A DNA stretch of 64,000 bases from Candidatus Termititenax sp. (GTDB taxonomy: Bacteria; Margulisbacteria; Riflemargulisbacteria; GWF2-35-9; DYQY01): NCBI GenBank assembly GCA_020719045.1, contig DYQY01000001.1:128198-192197 (forward strand), written 5' to 3'. Both the position numbers and the translations under genes were made by a program. Positions 29,404 through 38,940 of the stretch are shown in pieces. The notes under the pieces are model-generated. The model saw nothing but the letters and a program-made list of their open reading frames with translations. It searched no databases and was not told the DNA's origin. Within the stretch, counting starts at the first letter, position 1. Every line of letters begins with the position of its first letter.

Positions 29404-30252
29404 CTAAAGGTTGGAAGCTAATGAAATAGTATATTTTTTAATTATTTTATCAGGATAGTATGAGTCTTTCATTTTTTTGAGTTGTGGTTTGCCTAGATCT
29501 TGTTCAAAATTTATCCAAGTTGCGTTTTGGATATGTTTTGCGGTTTCTTGGAATAAGAATTGGTAGGCGCCTTTATAATGAATATTTGCTTTTGCAAAAT
29601 GCAAGATATAGCTATCTCTTATTTGCTCGCCAAGACTGAAGGCAATAGGTTTGGTTTGGTTGTATACAATAATTCCAGTGAGATTTAGCGAGCCAATGTT
29701 TTGTATACCCAAAAGACTAGCAGCATAGTCTGTGTTTTCGTAGCTGTCAGATGATTCTTTTGTCCACTCCTCGAGAACAGAAATAGCGTCATTGGCATTT
29801 TTGGAGGAAAAATTTTGCGTAGATGCTTCTGGATAGCTTTTTACAAATTGTGAGACAAGATTTCTTTTTTTGCTAAGTTTTCTGCCCGATAGAAGAGCAA
29901 GTTTATCCCTTAAGTATATATAATCAAAGTCCTTTTCATCTGCACTGACGATGAAATTTTTATCATTCTGGAAGAGTTCTTTCCATGTTTCATCTATAGG
30001 ATATAGAGAGTATCCCCCCGCGGTCATTGCCATTTTTATTAGCCCTAAATTTTCTATAGAGGGAACAAAGAGAGGTGTTAAGTAGTTGAGACCTGGGTTT
30101 TGGCCAACAACATAAGGAAGGGTTTCGGTAATTTTATACTCAAAATTATGACTATCTTGAAAGCAGTAAAAGTTCGAAAAGCAGTATTCTGAGATTTCTA
30201 CAGAGAGATTATTAATCAGCCAAGATAGTTGTTCGTTTTGTATAGAAATCAT
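29404..30252 (-). CDS. DUF2156-like protein (MprF C-terminal aminoacyl-tRNA-dependent transferase fold, FemABX/GNAT-like)
   Basis: Pattern …DYIYLRDKLALLSGRKLSKKRNLVSQF… and overall size resemble stand-alone DUF2156 proteins. The assignment is from memory, not from a search. Confidence 0.45.
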   Translation of the reverse strand: MISIQNEQLSWLINNLSVEISEYCFSNFYCFQDSHNFEYKITETLPYVVGQNPGLNYLTPLFVPSIENLGLIKMAMTAGGYSLYPIDETWKELFQNDKNFIVSADEKDFDYIYLRDKLALLSGRKLSKKRNLVSQFVKSYPEASTQNFSSKNANDAISVLEEWTKESSDSYENTDYAASLLGIQNIGSLNLTGIIVYNQTKPIAFSLGEQIRDSYILHFAKANIHYKGAYQFLFQETAKHIQNATWINFEQDLGKPQLKKMKDSYYPDKIIKKYTISLASNL

Positions 30253-30863
30253 ATTAAATCAATAATAACAGTAAAGTCGTTTGGTAAATAATCCTGAATT
30301 ATATGTATTTTGTCTTTGTTGAATTTAAGAAGCCTAAGCATATTATCTATTTTTTTGGGATCATAGTAGCAGTAAGTGTCTTCTTTGTTTTCAGAGCAGG
30401 TTGATAGAAGATTAAACACAATTTTTTCACTTGCTAGTTCCTTAAAGACAATCATGGCTTCTCTTAACAGTGCTTCAGAGGTTGCAGTTTTAAGATTAAA
30501 TGTGCCACTACTATAAACAACATCAAATGATTTTTCTGGGAAGATTTTTTCAGTTTTTTTGGGATTAAGTATATCCTCATTAATAAATACAGCGCCTTGG
30601 TGCTTTTCTTTGGCTTTTTTTATCATCTCAGGCATTATATCTACTCCAAGATAACTAACTGGGAGATTAAAAGATTTAATAAATCCGTATAGGTCACCAA
30701 GCCCACAACCAATATCCAACAGAGATTTGTTCTTAAGGTTTACGTTTTTTAGTAGAACCTCAAAGCGCTTAATCTGTGCTTCGTGTGTTTCCCATCCAAG
30801 TGCTCTGTAGTCAGAGAATTTGGAGAGGTTATTCAAGTAATACTCAGCATATTCCATATTCAT
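30249..30863 (-). CDS. Class I SAM-dependent methyltransferase
   Basis: Motif I LLDIGCGLGDL. The start is probably at the MNM Mets (30863 or 30857) rather than the track start at 30965. Overlaps the downstream DUF2156 gene by 4 bp. Confidence 0.7.
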   Translation of the reverse strand: MNMEYAEYYLNNLSKFSDYRALGWETHEAQIKRFEVLLKNVNLKNKSLLDIGCGLGDLYGFIKSFNLPVSYLGVDIMPEMIKKAKEKHQGAVFINEDILNPKKTEKIFPEKSFDVVYSSGTFNLKTATSEALLREAMIVFKELASEKIVFNLLSTCSENKEDTYCYYDPKKIDNMLRLLKFNKDKIHIIQDYLPNDFTVIIDLI

Positions 30864-31007
30864 AAAAAATAGTATACCATAGAACAAATAGAAATTTTCT
30901 TTAAAAATAAAAGAGACTGGTTGGTCAAAAAAGTAACACAAATAAAATATTTGGGAAATTTTCAATGTAGTTACGATGTATTATAATAAAAACAACAGGA
31001 GAGGCTT

Positions 31008-33011
31008 GTGAAAGTTGAAGTAAACAGTAACAAAGAGTTATCTGAAAACAAGCTTGAAACTGTTGTTAGTTTGCAGAGAAGATTAGGCTTATGGCTTAAT
31101 GACAGCTACGAAAGATACTCCAAGTCAATTTTTTCAAATATTGCTATAGCTAGTGAAATTAAGCATGATGAACAGGTCTCTTTGTTTTCACCTAAAATGA
31201 TAGTTTTTTTGGATGAGCTTTTTGTTCAGACAGACATTTATGCAGCGTTTCATTCTTTGCTTAGGAGAACTGGCGATGAGCAGCTTGAAGAGTGGAAAAC
31301 TCTGGACGCCCGTTTAGGGGATATTTGTTTATACGCTGAAAGAGCATATCTGTATGCGTTAGCTATTCAGGAAGATACGAAGATAGATATTGCTTTAGTT
31401 AAAAGAAGAATAATTTCCATTAGAAAGCAACATATGTTTTCCTACAGCTTTGCTAGTAGAGACAGGGCTGAGGCAGTAATGATGAGCCAGCTAATCTCTA
31501 TTGATGTAGCGTTTAGTTTATACCATAGAACAAAGATAAAGAGAAAAGAAATGATTTTAGCTGGTGGAGATGCAACAAGATTTTTAAAGATAATTAATGT
31601 TTTGCATAGCTTAGAGTATCCTGTTTTAGACGAGAAGGATATTTTTATGATTAAGTATAATCATGGATACAAAGATATTGCCCATTTGTTTTCGATAGAA
31701 GCATTCAAAAGAATTTTTATGACACCGATGTTTCAATATGTAGGCTGTACACAAAAGGAGGTTGAGAGTTCAATCACAAATGATAGTGTGGATATGCTAA
31801 GGCTAAGGCCATATATAGAAAGAGTTATTGATACTTTTAAGCCAGGGGTTATTCCTAAGGCTTTAAATATTGTATACAAATGTGTTGGTGATAACAAAGT
31901 AATCTATTTGAGTTTCTTTGCTGCTTCAATTATTCGTATTTATGCAGAGATTTTAAGAGAAGACAGTTTTGGAAGTGAGTTAATTTATGTAGTGAAGAAC
32001 AAGAAGCAACTTGATGCATTTTCTGAGACGTTGCATTACTTGTTTACACAGGGAGGATTGCAAGAAAGAAGGCTTAAGATTAAGTTTATTGAGACCACAA
32101 AAGCAGCAATTCCTTTATCTGACTATCATAAAGGCTTTGTTTTCGAGGATGACGAGATTGTTGTTTCAAGCCCTGGTCATGGTCCTGCGTTTATAAAGGT
32201 AATTAATGATCATGTAAGCGAATCAGTAAGAGGAACATGTGTTTCATTGAGAACTTTAGATAACAGTGGTGCCCATGTTATGAACTATGCAACACTGGTA
32301 CAAAAGGCAGTCGTTTTTGAGAATGGTGTTAGGGATGACTTAGTAGAAGCATTAAACGGAAGCAAGAAAAAAATAGTAGGATTTTTTAGACAGCTTGGTA
32401 TTTTTAGTGAATTAGACCTTAAAGAGAAGATAACAGAATATGTTAAGAAGCGTTGGGATTTTACATTAGACAGTAAAAGTAATTATAAAGATATGGCAAG
32501 GATTCTTTCAACTATGCCAATAAGCGTTATTTTGGTTATTTCAGGATTTGATTCAGAGGGTGGAGGCCTTTATGTTTTGGATTCAGATGAAATGGTAGTT
32601 GTGGATAAATGTAAGAGTGATGAACAGAGAGAGATTAAAAAATTTAATCCAATGATTTTTGCTACCTATGCAAAAGAAGAGTTTCCAGAAGAGTTTGATA
32701 GAGAGTGCTTGTTTGTTACCACCAAGGGAGACGGAAAGAAAACATATTATCAGGCAGAGAGCGCATCTACCCATATAGCAACGTGTCCTAATAGAACACT
32801 AAAGAGATTTATAGATTTTAATCGAGAAGATAGATCAGAAATATTTATTCAGCAAAAAACAATTGATGATTCCTCAGAGGATAAGAATAAGGCGTTTACA
32901 GACCAATTAATTAAAGATATTGAGCTAATCTGTAGCGAGATAGGTATCGATGAGCAAGAGTTTATAGTTTCAGTACATTCGTTGCAAAAAGAAATTTTAA
33001 GTAAGTTTTAA
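31008..33011 (+). CDS. Large hypothetical cytoplasmic protein (667 aa) with degenerate sugar-nucleotidyltransferase-like motifs
   Basis: ILAGGDATRF resembles the G-G-x-G-T-R nucleotidyltransferase motif, and SPGHGPAF resembles the PxGHGD motif of the UDPGP family. Both are weak. Confidence 0.5.
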   Translation: MKVEVNSNKELSENKLETVVSLQRRLGLWLNDSYERYSKSIFSNIAIASEIKHDEQVSLFSPKMIVFLDELFVQTDIYAAFHSLLRRTGDEQLEEWKTLDARLGDICLYAERAYLYALAIQEDTKIDIALVKRRIISIRKQHMFSYSFASRDRAEAVMMSQLISIDVAFSLYHRTKIKRKEMILAGGDATRFLKIINVLHSLEYPVLDEKDIFMIKYNHGYKDIAHLFSIEAFKRIFMTPMFQYVGCTQKEVESSITNDSVDMLRLRPYIERVIDTFKPGVIPKALNIVYKCVGDNKVIYLSFFAASIIRIYAEILREDSFGSELIYVVKNKKQLDAFSETLHYLFTQGGLQERRLKIKFIETTKAAIPLSDYHKGFVFEDDEIVVSSPGHGPAFIKVINDHVSESVRGTCVSLRTLDNSGAHVMNYATLVQKAVVFENGVRDDLVEALNGSKKKIVGFFRQLGIFSELDLKEKITEYVKKRWDFTLDSKSNYKDMARILSTMPISVILVISGFDSEGGGLYVLDSDEMVVVDKCKSDEQREIKKFNPMIFATYAKEEFPEEFDRECLFVTTKGDGKKTYYQAESASTHIATCPNRTLKRFIDFNREDRSEIFIQQKTIDDSSEDKNKAFTDQLIKDIELICSEIGIDEQEFIVSVHSLQKEILSKF

Positions 33012-34768
33012 AAAGCATTTTGTAGTGCATGTATAATTTCAGCGTTATTATGAGTGTCGTAGACACCAAAGCCAAGGTCAGAGAAATCTTTATAATCATG
33101 ATAGGTCCAATGCATTCCTTTTGTATTCAAAATGTCAGCCATATCATTTATCCAATTAACTTGTTGTGCTGGTGCACCAGGGAAGCTAGTGATTCTGCCG
33201 ATGCCTTGCGAGGGGTCTGCAACACCCCATTCGCCACAATATAGTGGAACGTTGTTGGCATTTGCCCAGTTGACGTAATAGTTTGTAATAGCGGTATTCA
33301 TATAGTTTTTGTTTTGAACTGTTTGCCCAGTAAGCCTGTAAAACTCAAAAGCTGCGTATACTTCTCTTCCGGCACTTAGACTAGAGTTTACGTCCATTAT
33401 AATTCTATATTTATAGCTATTTCCATATGTATAATCAAGGTAGTTTTGATAGCCATCCCACCAGGTTGTTTTCCATGTTGCCCAACTATTAGTTCCCCAA
33501 AAAATACCGCTTGGGTCAAATTTTAACCAGCCATTTTCCAGTGTTCCTGCTGGATGTTCAGCGGCAACACCAGCTCCATTTCCATCAGTATCAGCAACAA
33601 GGTACCAATTAGCTGGGTGGTTATCTGCTGTTGTTGTGTGAATGTTGTATCTTTTTGGTATATCAAAAGTCGAGTTTGTTACTGTGACGTTTACGGGAGC
33701 ATTCGCAATATTGATGGCTCTTTCGACCCTAATATTATCAATAAGAATTTGACCATTTGCATTACCAACAAGAATACTGACGCCCATCTTGTCCGTTATG
33801 GATAAGTTAGAATTTGAATAAATAAAATTGTCTACATCTAACCAGTCACTTGTTACAGTAACCCAGTTTCCAGCTGTGTTTCCAACTTTAACTGAGTTTG
33901 TATACCAGCCACCAGTGTATGTTTCTGTTGCTTCTGCATAAGGATAATTCGCTCCAAGTTGGAAATATGGGTTGTCGTACACGGTTTGATGAGTAAATTT
34001 TATGGGCTTGTACCAGTGGAATTGGTATACAAGATTATCATCAGATAGCCTTTTAAAGGCTCCTGACAGGAAGTGTCCTGCGCTTGGATTGTCATATTTA
34101 TTTACGGGGTCAGATATGAAGATGATGTGATTATCATTATTGTTTCTTATTTCTGCTATCATGTCTGTGTAATACGAATATAGTGTGATTTCATCAAAAG
34201 TGCTTGAACAGTAAGGCTCGTTAAGCAAGTCATATCCAGCTACTACGTTATTTGTGCTATACCTGTCAGATACTTTTTTCCAGAAGGCTTTAAGTTCAGG
34301 AATGTTCGGTTGACCAGAGCCACCGTTGTAAAAGCCACCACCAGAACCAGCGACTCCAAAGTAATGCAAGCTGAGAACAGCTTTTAGGTTTGAGGTAGCC
34401 ATTTTTGCAAGCTGTTTGTCCATATAGGTAAAAAAATTTGCAGTATTATTAAGCCAGCTATATTGGATGTAGAATCTGACAACATTCGCACCATTGTTCT
34501 GAATTGTTTGATAGTCATCAGTTGTTAGAATATAGGTTGTAGCTGGTGGGGCAGTTGCTTCTGTGTATACCCCATTGCTAAGGCAAAATCCCTTTAAGGT
34601 AACATTTTGACCAGAAGAATCTTTAATTATATTTCCAACAACCCGAATATGACCTTGTGGAATAATCACACTATCAGCTGTTCTATTTGAGACCATTCCA
34701 CACCCTCCGATTAACGCTCCTAGTAGCAAAACAGTGCACAATAACATAGACCTTATCAGTATAAACAT
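33008..34768 (-). CDS. Glycoside hydrolase family 5 lipoprotein
   Basis: Lipobox …LIGGC; acid/base motif DLLNEPY; nucleophile motif CGEWG near the C-terminus; an unusually long segment of about 330 aa between them. Confidence 0.65.
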   Translation of the reverse strand: MFILIRSMLLCTVLLLGALIGGCGMVSNRTADSVIIPQGHIRVVGNIIKDSSGQNVTLKGFCLSNGVYTEATAPPATTYILTTDDYQTIQNNGANVVRFYIQYSWLNNTANFFTYMDKQLAKMATSNLKAVLSLHYFGVAGSGGGFYNGGSGQPNIPELKAFWKKVSDRYSTNNVVAGYDLLNEPYCSSTFDEITLYSYYTDMIAEIRNNNDNHIIFISDPVNKYDNPSAGHFLSGAFKRLSDDNLVYQFHWYKPIKFTHQTVYDNPYFQLGANYPYAEATETYTGGWYTNSVKVGNTAGNWVTVTSDWLDVDNFIYSNSNLSITDKMGVSILVGNANGQILIDNIRVERAINIANAPVNVTVTNSTFDIPKRYNIHTTTADNHPANWYLVADTDGNGAGVAAEHPAGTLENGWLKFDPSGIFWGTNSWATWKTTWWDGYQNYLDYTYGNSYKYRIIMDVNSSLSAGREVYAAFEFYRLTGQTVQNKNYMNTAITNYYVNWANANNVPLYCGEWGVADPSQGIGRITSFPGAPAQQVNWINDMADILNTKGMHWTYHDYKDFSDLGFGVYDTHNNAEIIHALQNAF

Positions 34769-34798
34769 TTCTGAATTATAGCGTATAATAATGGTTAT

Positions 34799-35935
34799 AT
34801 GAAATATTTAGCTCGAAGATATGTTATAAGCCTTATAGTGTTGCTCTCACTTTCTTTTGTTGCAAATATTTTTATTTTGCAAAATAGTTTAGCAAAGCAT
34901 ACCGAAAGAATACTTAATAGTGAAAGCATAAAGGCATTGCCAATAGTAGAGGTTAGGAACATACATGAGGCTATTTTATTTGCAAAAGTAGGCTTAATTA
35001 GTCATATCTCAATCCCTCTTTTTTTAGTTCATTTACTAATTTTTTTAATATTAGCGATTGTGCTGTATAGATTAACCAAGAAGAGTATGAAACAAATAGA
35101 AGAATTATCGAGTGAGATGGATAACTTCTCTTTTACCTATAGTGAAGAATTTCCGCGTATGGAATTGGAAGGTAAGGAGCAAATCTCAAGCTTGGTAAGG
35201 TCATTTAATCAGCTGAGGCATAAGGTTCTTGAGACGGTTTCGGATATTAAGGAAATGTCTAACTATAAACAAGAATTTATGACGAATGTTACCCACGAGC
35301 TCAAGACACCATTAACTAGTGTTTTGGGATATATTGAAACGCTTGAGGCAGGTGCATTGGATGAACCAGAACATAATAGAGTTTTTTTGGAGGCTATCAG
35401 AAGAAACGTTGAAAGACTATCAGCCTTAGTCGGGGACATTCTAAATTTATCAAAAATTGAGAATCGACCATCAGTCAAAAAAAGGATAAACGTATTAGAC
35501 GTATTTCAGTTAGTTGCTAATGATTATGACTTATATAACAGAAAGAACGTTGTGATTGTCATTAATTATAGAAAAATAATTATGAATGCAGACCCAGATG
35601 AAATATATTCTGCGTTTTCTAATTATATTACCAACGCGCTTAAGTATTCTCCGACAGGTGATATTAGGATAAAGCTAACAATGAAAGATAACCAGTTGTT
35701 TTTCTCGGTTAGAGACAGTGGACCTGGTATAGAGCAGGAACACACACAAAGAGTATTTGAGAGATTTTATAGAATAGATAAGGGCCGTTCTAGAAAAGAT
35801 GGAGGAACTGGGCTTGGTTTAGCAATAGTTAAGAAAGTTGTAGAGAAATATGGCGGAATAGTTGGTATAACAAGTTTTGTGGGTAAGGGTTCAGAGTTTT
35901 ATTTTACGTTGCCATTAGAAAGTATTGAGGAGTAA
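34799..35935 (+). CDS. Membrane sensor histidine kinase (PhoR-like)
   Basis: Two transmembrane segments, H-box THELKTPLTS, and HATPase_c motifs (GGTGLGLAIVKK). Confidence 0.85.
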   Translation: MKYLARRYVISLIVLLSLSFVANIFILQNSLAKHTERILNSESIKALPIVEVRNIHEAILFAKVGLISHISIPLFLVHLLIFLILAIVLYRLTKKSMKQIEELSSEMDNFSFTYSEEFPRMELEGKEQISSLVRSFNQLRHKVLETVSDIKEMSNYKQEFMTNVTHELKTPLTSVLGYIETLEAGALDEPEHNRVFLEAIRRNVERLSALVGDILNLSKIENRPSVKKRINVLDVFQLVANDYDLYNRKNVVIVINYRKIIMNADPDEIYSAFSNYITNALKYSPTGDIRIKLTMKDNQLFFSVRDSGPGIEQEHTQRVFERFYRIDKGRSRKDGGTGLGLAIVKKVVEKYGGIVGITSFVGKGSEFYFTLPLESIEE

Positions 35936-36026
35936 TGTTACGATTGCGTTACGTTGGTTATGTTTTGATAAAGAATAGCCTGACCGTCTTTCAAAGATAG
36001 TAGTTATTTGTGATAATTGAGAAGAA

Positions 36027-36719
36027 ATGATAAATATACTAATTGTAGATGACGAAAAAGATATTGTTGATTTAATTAAGTTTAACTTAAAGCGTAATGG
36101 CTATAATGTTTTAGAGGCATACGATGGTGAGGAAGCTTTGGTTATGGCAAAGAGTAGCCCAGTTGACCTTATACTCCTAGATTGGATGTTACCTAAAAAA
36201 GACGGGATAGATGTTTGTAGAGAACTTAAACATGAGAACTCAACAAAAAATATACCAGTTATCATGGTGTCAGCTAAGAATGAGGAGTTTGATGTTGTCT
36301 TAGCTCTAGAAATCGGAGCTGATGACTATATTTCTAAACCTTTTAGCGTAAGAGAGTTATTGGCTAGGGTAAAGGTAGTTCTTAAAAGGTATAAAGATAT
36401 TCCAACTGAAGAAGAAAGCGAGACTATAACTATCAATGGGTTAGTTATAGATGAAAATAGATACTCTGCATCTTATGCTGGAACAAACTTGGGGCTTACA
36501 AAAACAGAGTTTAATCTTCTGATAACCTTGGCTAAGCATAAATCCAAGGTGTATACTAGAGAGCAATTACTCTATAAGGTTTGGGGCGATGACTTCTTTG
36601 GAGATAATAGAGTTGTAGATGTTCATATAAGAAGATTACGGTCTAAAATAGAAGCAGTAACAACTGATGAGTTTGTTAGGACTATACGTGGTGTAGGATA
36701 TAAATTCGTAGAGTTTTAA
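36027..36719 (+). CDS. OmpR/PhoB-family response regulator
   Basis: Receiver domain (DD…D…K) plus C-terminal winged-helix domain (…VHIRRLRSKIE…). Confidence 0.9.
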   Translation: MINILIVDDEKDIVDLIKFNLKRNGYNVLEAYDGEEALVMAKSSPVDLILLDWMLPKKDGIDVCRELKHENSTKNIPVIMVSAKNEEFDVVLALEIGADDYISKPFSVRELLARVKVVLKRYKDIPTEEESETITINGLVIDENRYSASYAGTNLGLTKTEFNLLITLAKHKSKVYTREQLLYKVWGDDFFGDNRVVDVHIRRLRSKIEAVTTDEFVRTIRGVGYKFVEF

Positions 36720-36838
36720 TTTTTTACAAACATAGTGTATAATCTATTTAATGTAGTCTTTAAGAAGAAACAGGGGGTGGTTTTTTATAAAACAAGACAG
36801 AGTTCATTTATGTTTCAAAATATGAGAGGAGAAAAGTA

Positions 36839-37768
36839 ATGAAAAAATTAGTATTAGCTACATTAGTTGTTTTTTCAATTGGCGTATTCGCAACTGAAAT
36901 TACTGCAAAAACATATGGTTCGTGGGGATTTGATTTAAATAGAGATTCAGATGTGCAAACATTTGCGTTAGCAAAGACATACACAGATGCTTCATATACA
37001 ATAGGAGATTCTAAGATAGTTGGAACAGTAAGATGGGATAAAATAGCTAATGCAACAGCAGCGGCACCAGCATCACCAGCAGCTTTAGATTATCTTTTGA
37101 TTGATACACCTGTTGGTAGCGGTATGTTAAGAATAGGTAAGCAGAGATTAGGTTTAGGAAACTATGGAAAAGGTATACCACAAACAACTCCTTTCTTAAC
37201 AGCAACTTGTTTGAAAGAAACAGGTGTTTCTTATGCTGATGATATGTTTGGTCTTCCAACAAAAGTATTTTTAGCTAAAAGTGTATTCTTTTTAGATAAA
37301 CAAGGAACTTCTGGTGAAGGTAAGGGCGCTCTTGGTGTATTAGTAGATACAAAGATGGGTTCAAAGATTGGTGTGATTTATCAAGCTGATACATTTGCAG
37401 ATAAAGCTGGAACATCAGTATATGCTGATTATGTTGCATCTTTGATGGGTGTTAATTTTCAATTACAAGGTTTCTATGACCTAAGTGATGAAGCTGAGGC
37501 TGCATCTATTGTTGCTGGCTCAGTAACTTCTGCTAGACGTTTAGTTAACCTAGCTGTAGATACAAAAGTAGCAGGTTTAGGTACAGTATATGGTTATATT
37601 TTTTCAAACTTAAACGAGATGAACAACGCAACATTGATTACTCAATATGCAGTTGGTCTTGAGTATATGTTAAGTAAAGCTATGAACTTAGTTGTTGAGT
37701 ATGCTGAATTAGACAAGACAGCAGGCAAGATACAATCAGTAAAAGCTTCTTTTGAATTTGAGATTTAA
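36839..37768 (+). CDS. Outer membrane beta-barrel protein (porin-like)
   Basis: Signal peptide MKKLVLATLVVFSIGVFA and a beta-strand-rich, G/Y/A-rich composition. Confidence 0.5.
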   Translation: MKKLVLATLVVFSIGVFATEITAKTYGSWGFDLNRDSDVQTFALAKTYTDASYTIGDSKIVGTVRWDKIANATAAAPASPAALDYLLIDTPVGSGMLRIGKQRLGLGNYGKGIPQTTPFLTATCLKETGVSYADDMFGLPTKVFLAKSVFFLDKQGTSGEGKGALGVLVDTKMGSKIGVIYQADTFADKAGTSVYADYVASLMGVNFQLQGFYDLSDEAEAASIVAGSVTSARRLVNLAVDTKVAGLGTVYGYIFSNLNEMNNATLITQYAVGLEYMLSKAMNLVVEYAELDKTAGKIQSVKASFEFEI

Positions 37769-37792
37769 TTAGTTAGCTTTTAGAAGTTAGTT

Positions 37793-37823
37793 AAAAAGGC
37801 CAGACATTTGTCTGGCCTTTTTT
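37793..37823. terminator. Bidirectional rho-independent terminator between the porin gene and folC
   Basis: AAAAA-GGCCAGA-catttg-TCTGGCC-TTTTTT. Confidence 0.8.
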
Positions 37824-38940
37824 ATTTAAGAATACTCCCTAAGAAATAGATTGACCCTGTAATGATAAGATTGTTTTTAGTAGATTTGATTAATTTACTG
37901 GTTTCATTCATTGGAAGAACCTTAAGGTTTTTAATATCTTTTGTTATATCAATGAGACTAGTAAGAGGAACAGCCTTATAAAAATCAAACTCAGTAATAT
38001 AGAGTGTTTTGGCTACGGCTGAAAGCATATCAGCCATTTCCTTGATGTCTTCATCTGACTTCTGAGACACAGAAAAGATAATATTTGTTTCTAAATTATG
38101 CAGTTTTATATATTTAACAAGCTGTTCAATGCCTTGTATGTTATGTGCGGCATCAGCAAGGATTAGCGGTGATTTAGAGATTTTTTGCATACGTCCTATT
38201 TGTCGAGTGTTTTTAATAGTGACAGGCTCAAAGCCAAGAATAGTTATTGCTTTGTCTGCAAGAAGTTTATTGTTTATTAAATAGTTTTCAGAGGTTGGAT
38301 CAACACAGAACAATGGGCTATTCAGCTCAGTGGTTTTGTTATGGAACATTGCCCTTATTTCATCAGGCTGGTTAAATGTCACAAGCGGTATTTCATGTTT
38401 AACAATCCCTAGCTTTTCTGCGGCTATTTCCCGAAGGGTGTTTCCAAGAATTGCCTGATGGTCATAGGAGATAGTAGTAATAACCGTTAGTATAGGGATT
38501 ACGATGTTTGTTGCATCCAGCCTTCCTCCAAGCCCAGTCTCTAAAACAACAAAATCAACCTGTTCATCTTTAAAATATAGAAACGCAACAAGAGTAAGTA
38601 TTTCAAACTCAGTCAAAGAGATAGCGTTTGTCTTGTCCTTTATTAAAGAGATATAGGAGCTAAGTTTGCTGCTGCTTATTTTGGTTCCGTTTATTTGAAA
38701 ACGTTCAGTATACGAGAACAGGTGAGGCGAGGTGTATATCCCAACTTTACTACCATGGTGTTCAAGCGTTTGAGCTATGAAGTCCGCAGTAGTTCCTTTT
38801 CCATTAGTGCCTGCTATATGAATGTATTTTAATCCTAAGTGTGGATTGCCAAGTAGAGCAAGTGCTTTTGTGATGTGGGTAAGGTCATAGTTGATTCCAG
38901 AGGTCTTAGCTAGTTCACAGAGCTGTTTTTCTATATTCAC
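37822..38940 (-). CDS. folC: Folylpolyglutamate synthase / dihydrofolate synthase
   Basis: Mur-ligase ATP motif HIAGTNGKGTT. Abuts the valS stop. Confidence 0.85.
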   Translation of the reverse strand: MNIEKQLCELAKTSGINYDLTHITKALALLGNPHLGLKYIHIAGTNGKGTTADFIAQTLEHHGSKVGIYTSPHLFSYTERFQINGTKISSSKLSSYISLIKDKTNAISLTEFEILTLVAFLYFKDEQVDFVVLETGLGGRLDATNIVIPILTVITTISYDHQAILGNTLREIAAEKLGIVKHEIPLVTFNQPDEIRAMFHNKTTELNSPLFCVDPTSENYLINNKLLADKAITILGFEPVTIKNTRQIGRMQKISKSPLILADAAHNIQGIEQLVKYIKLHNLETNIIFSVSQKSDEDIKEMADMLSAVAKTLYITEFDFYKAVPLTSLIDITKDIKNLKVLPMNETSKLIKSTKNNLIITGSIYFLGSILK

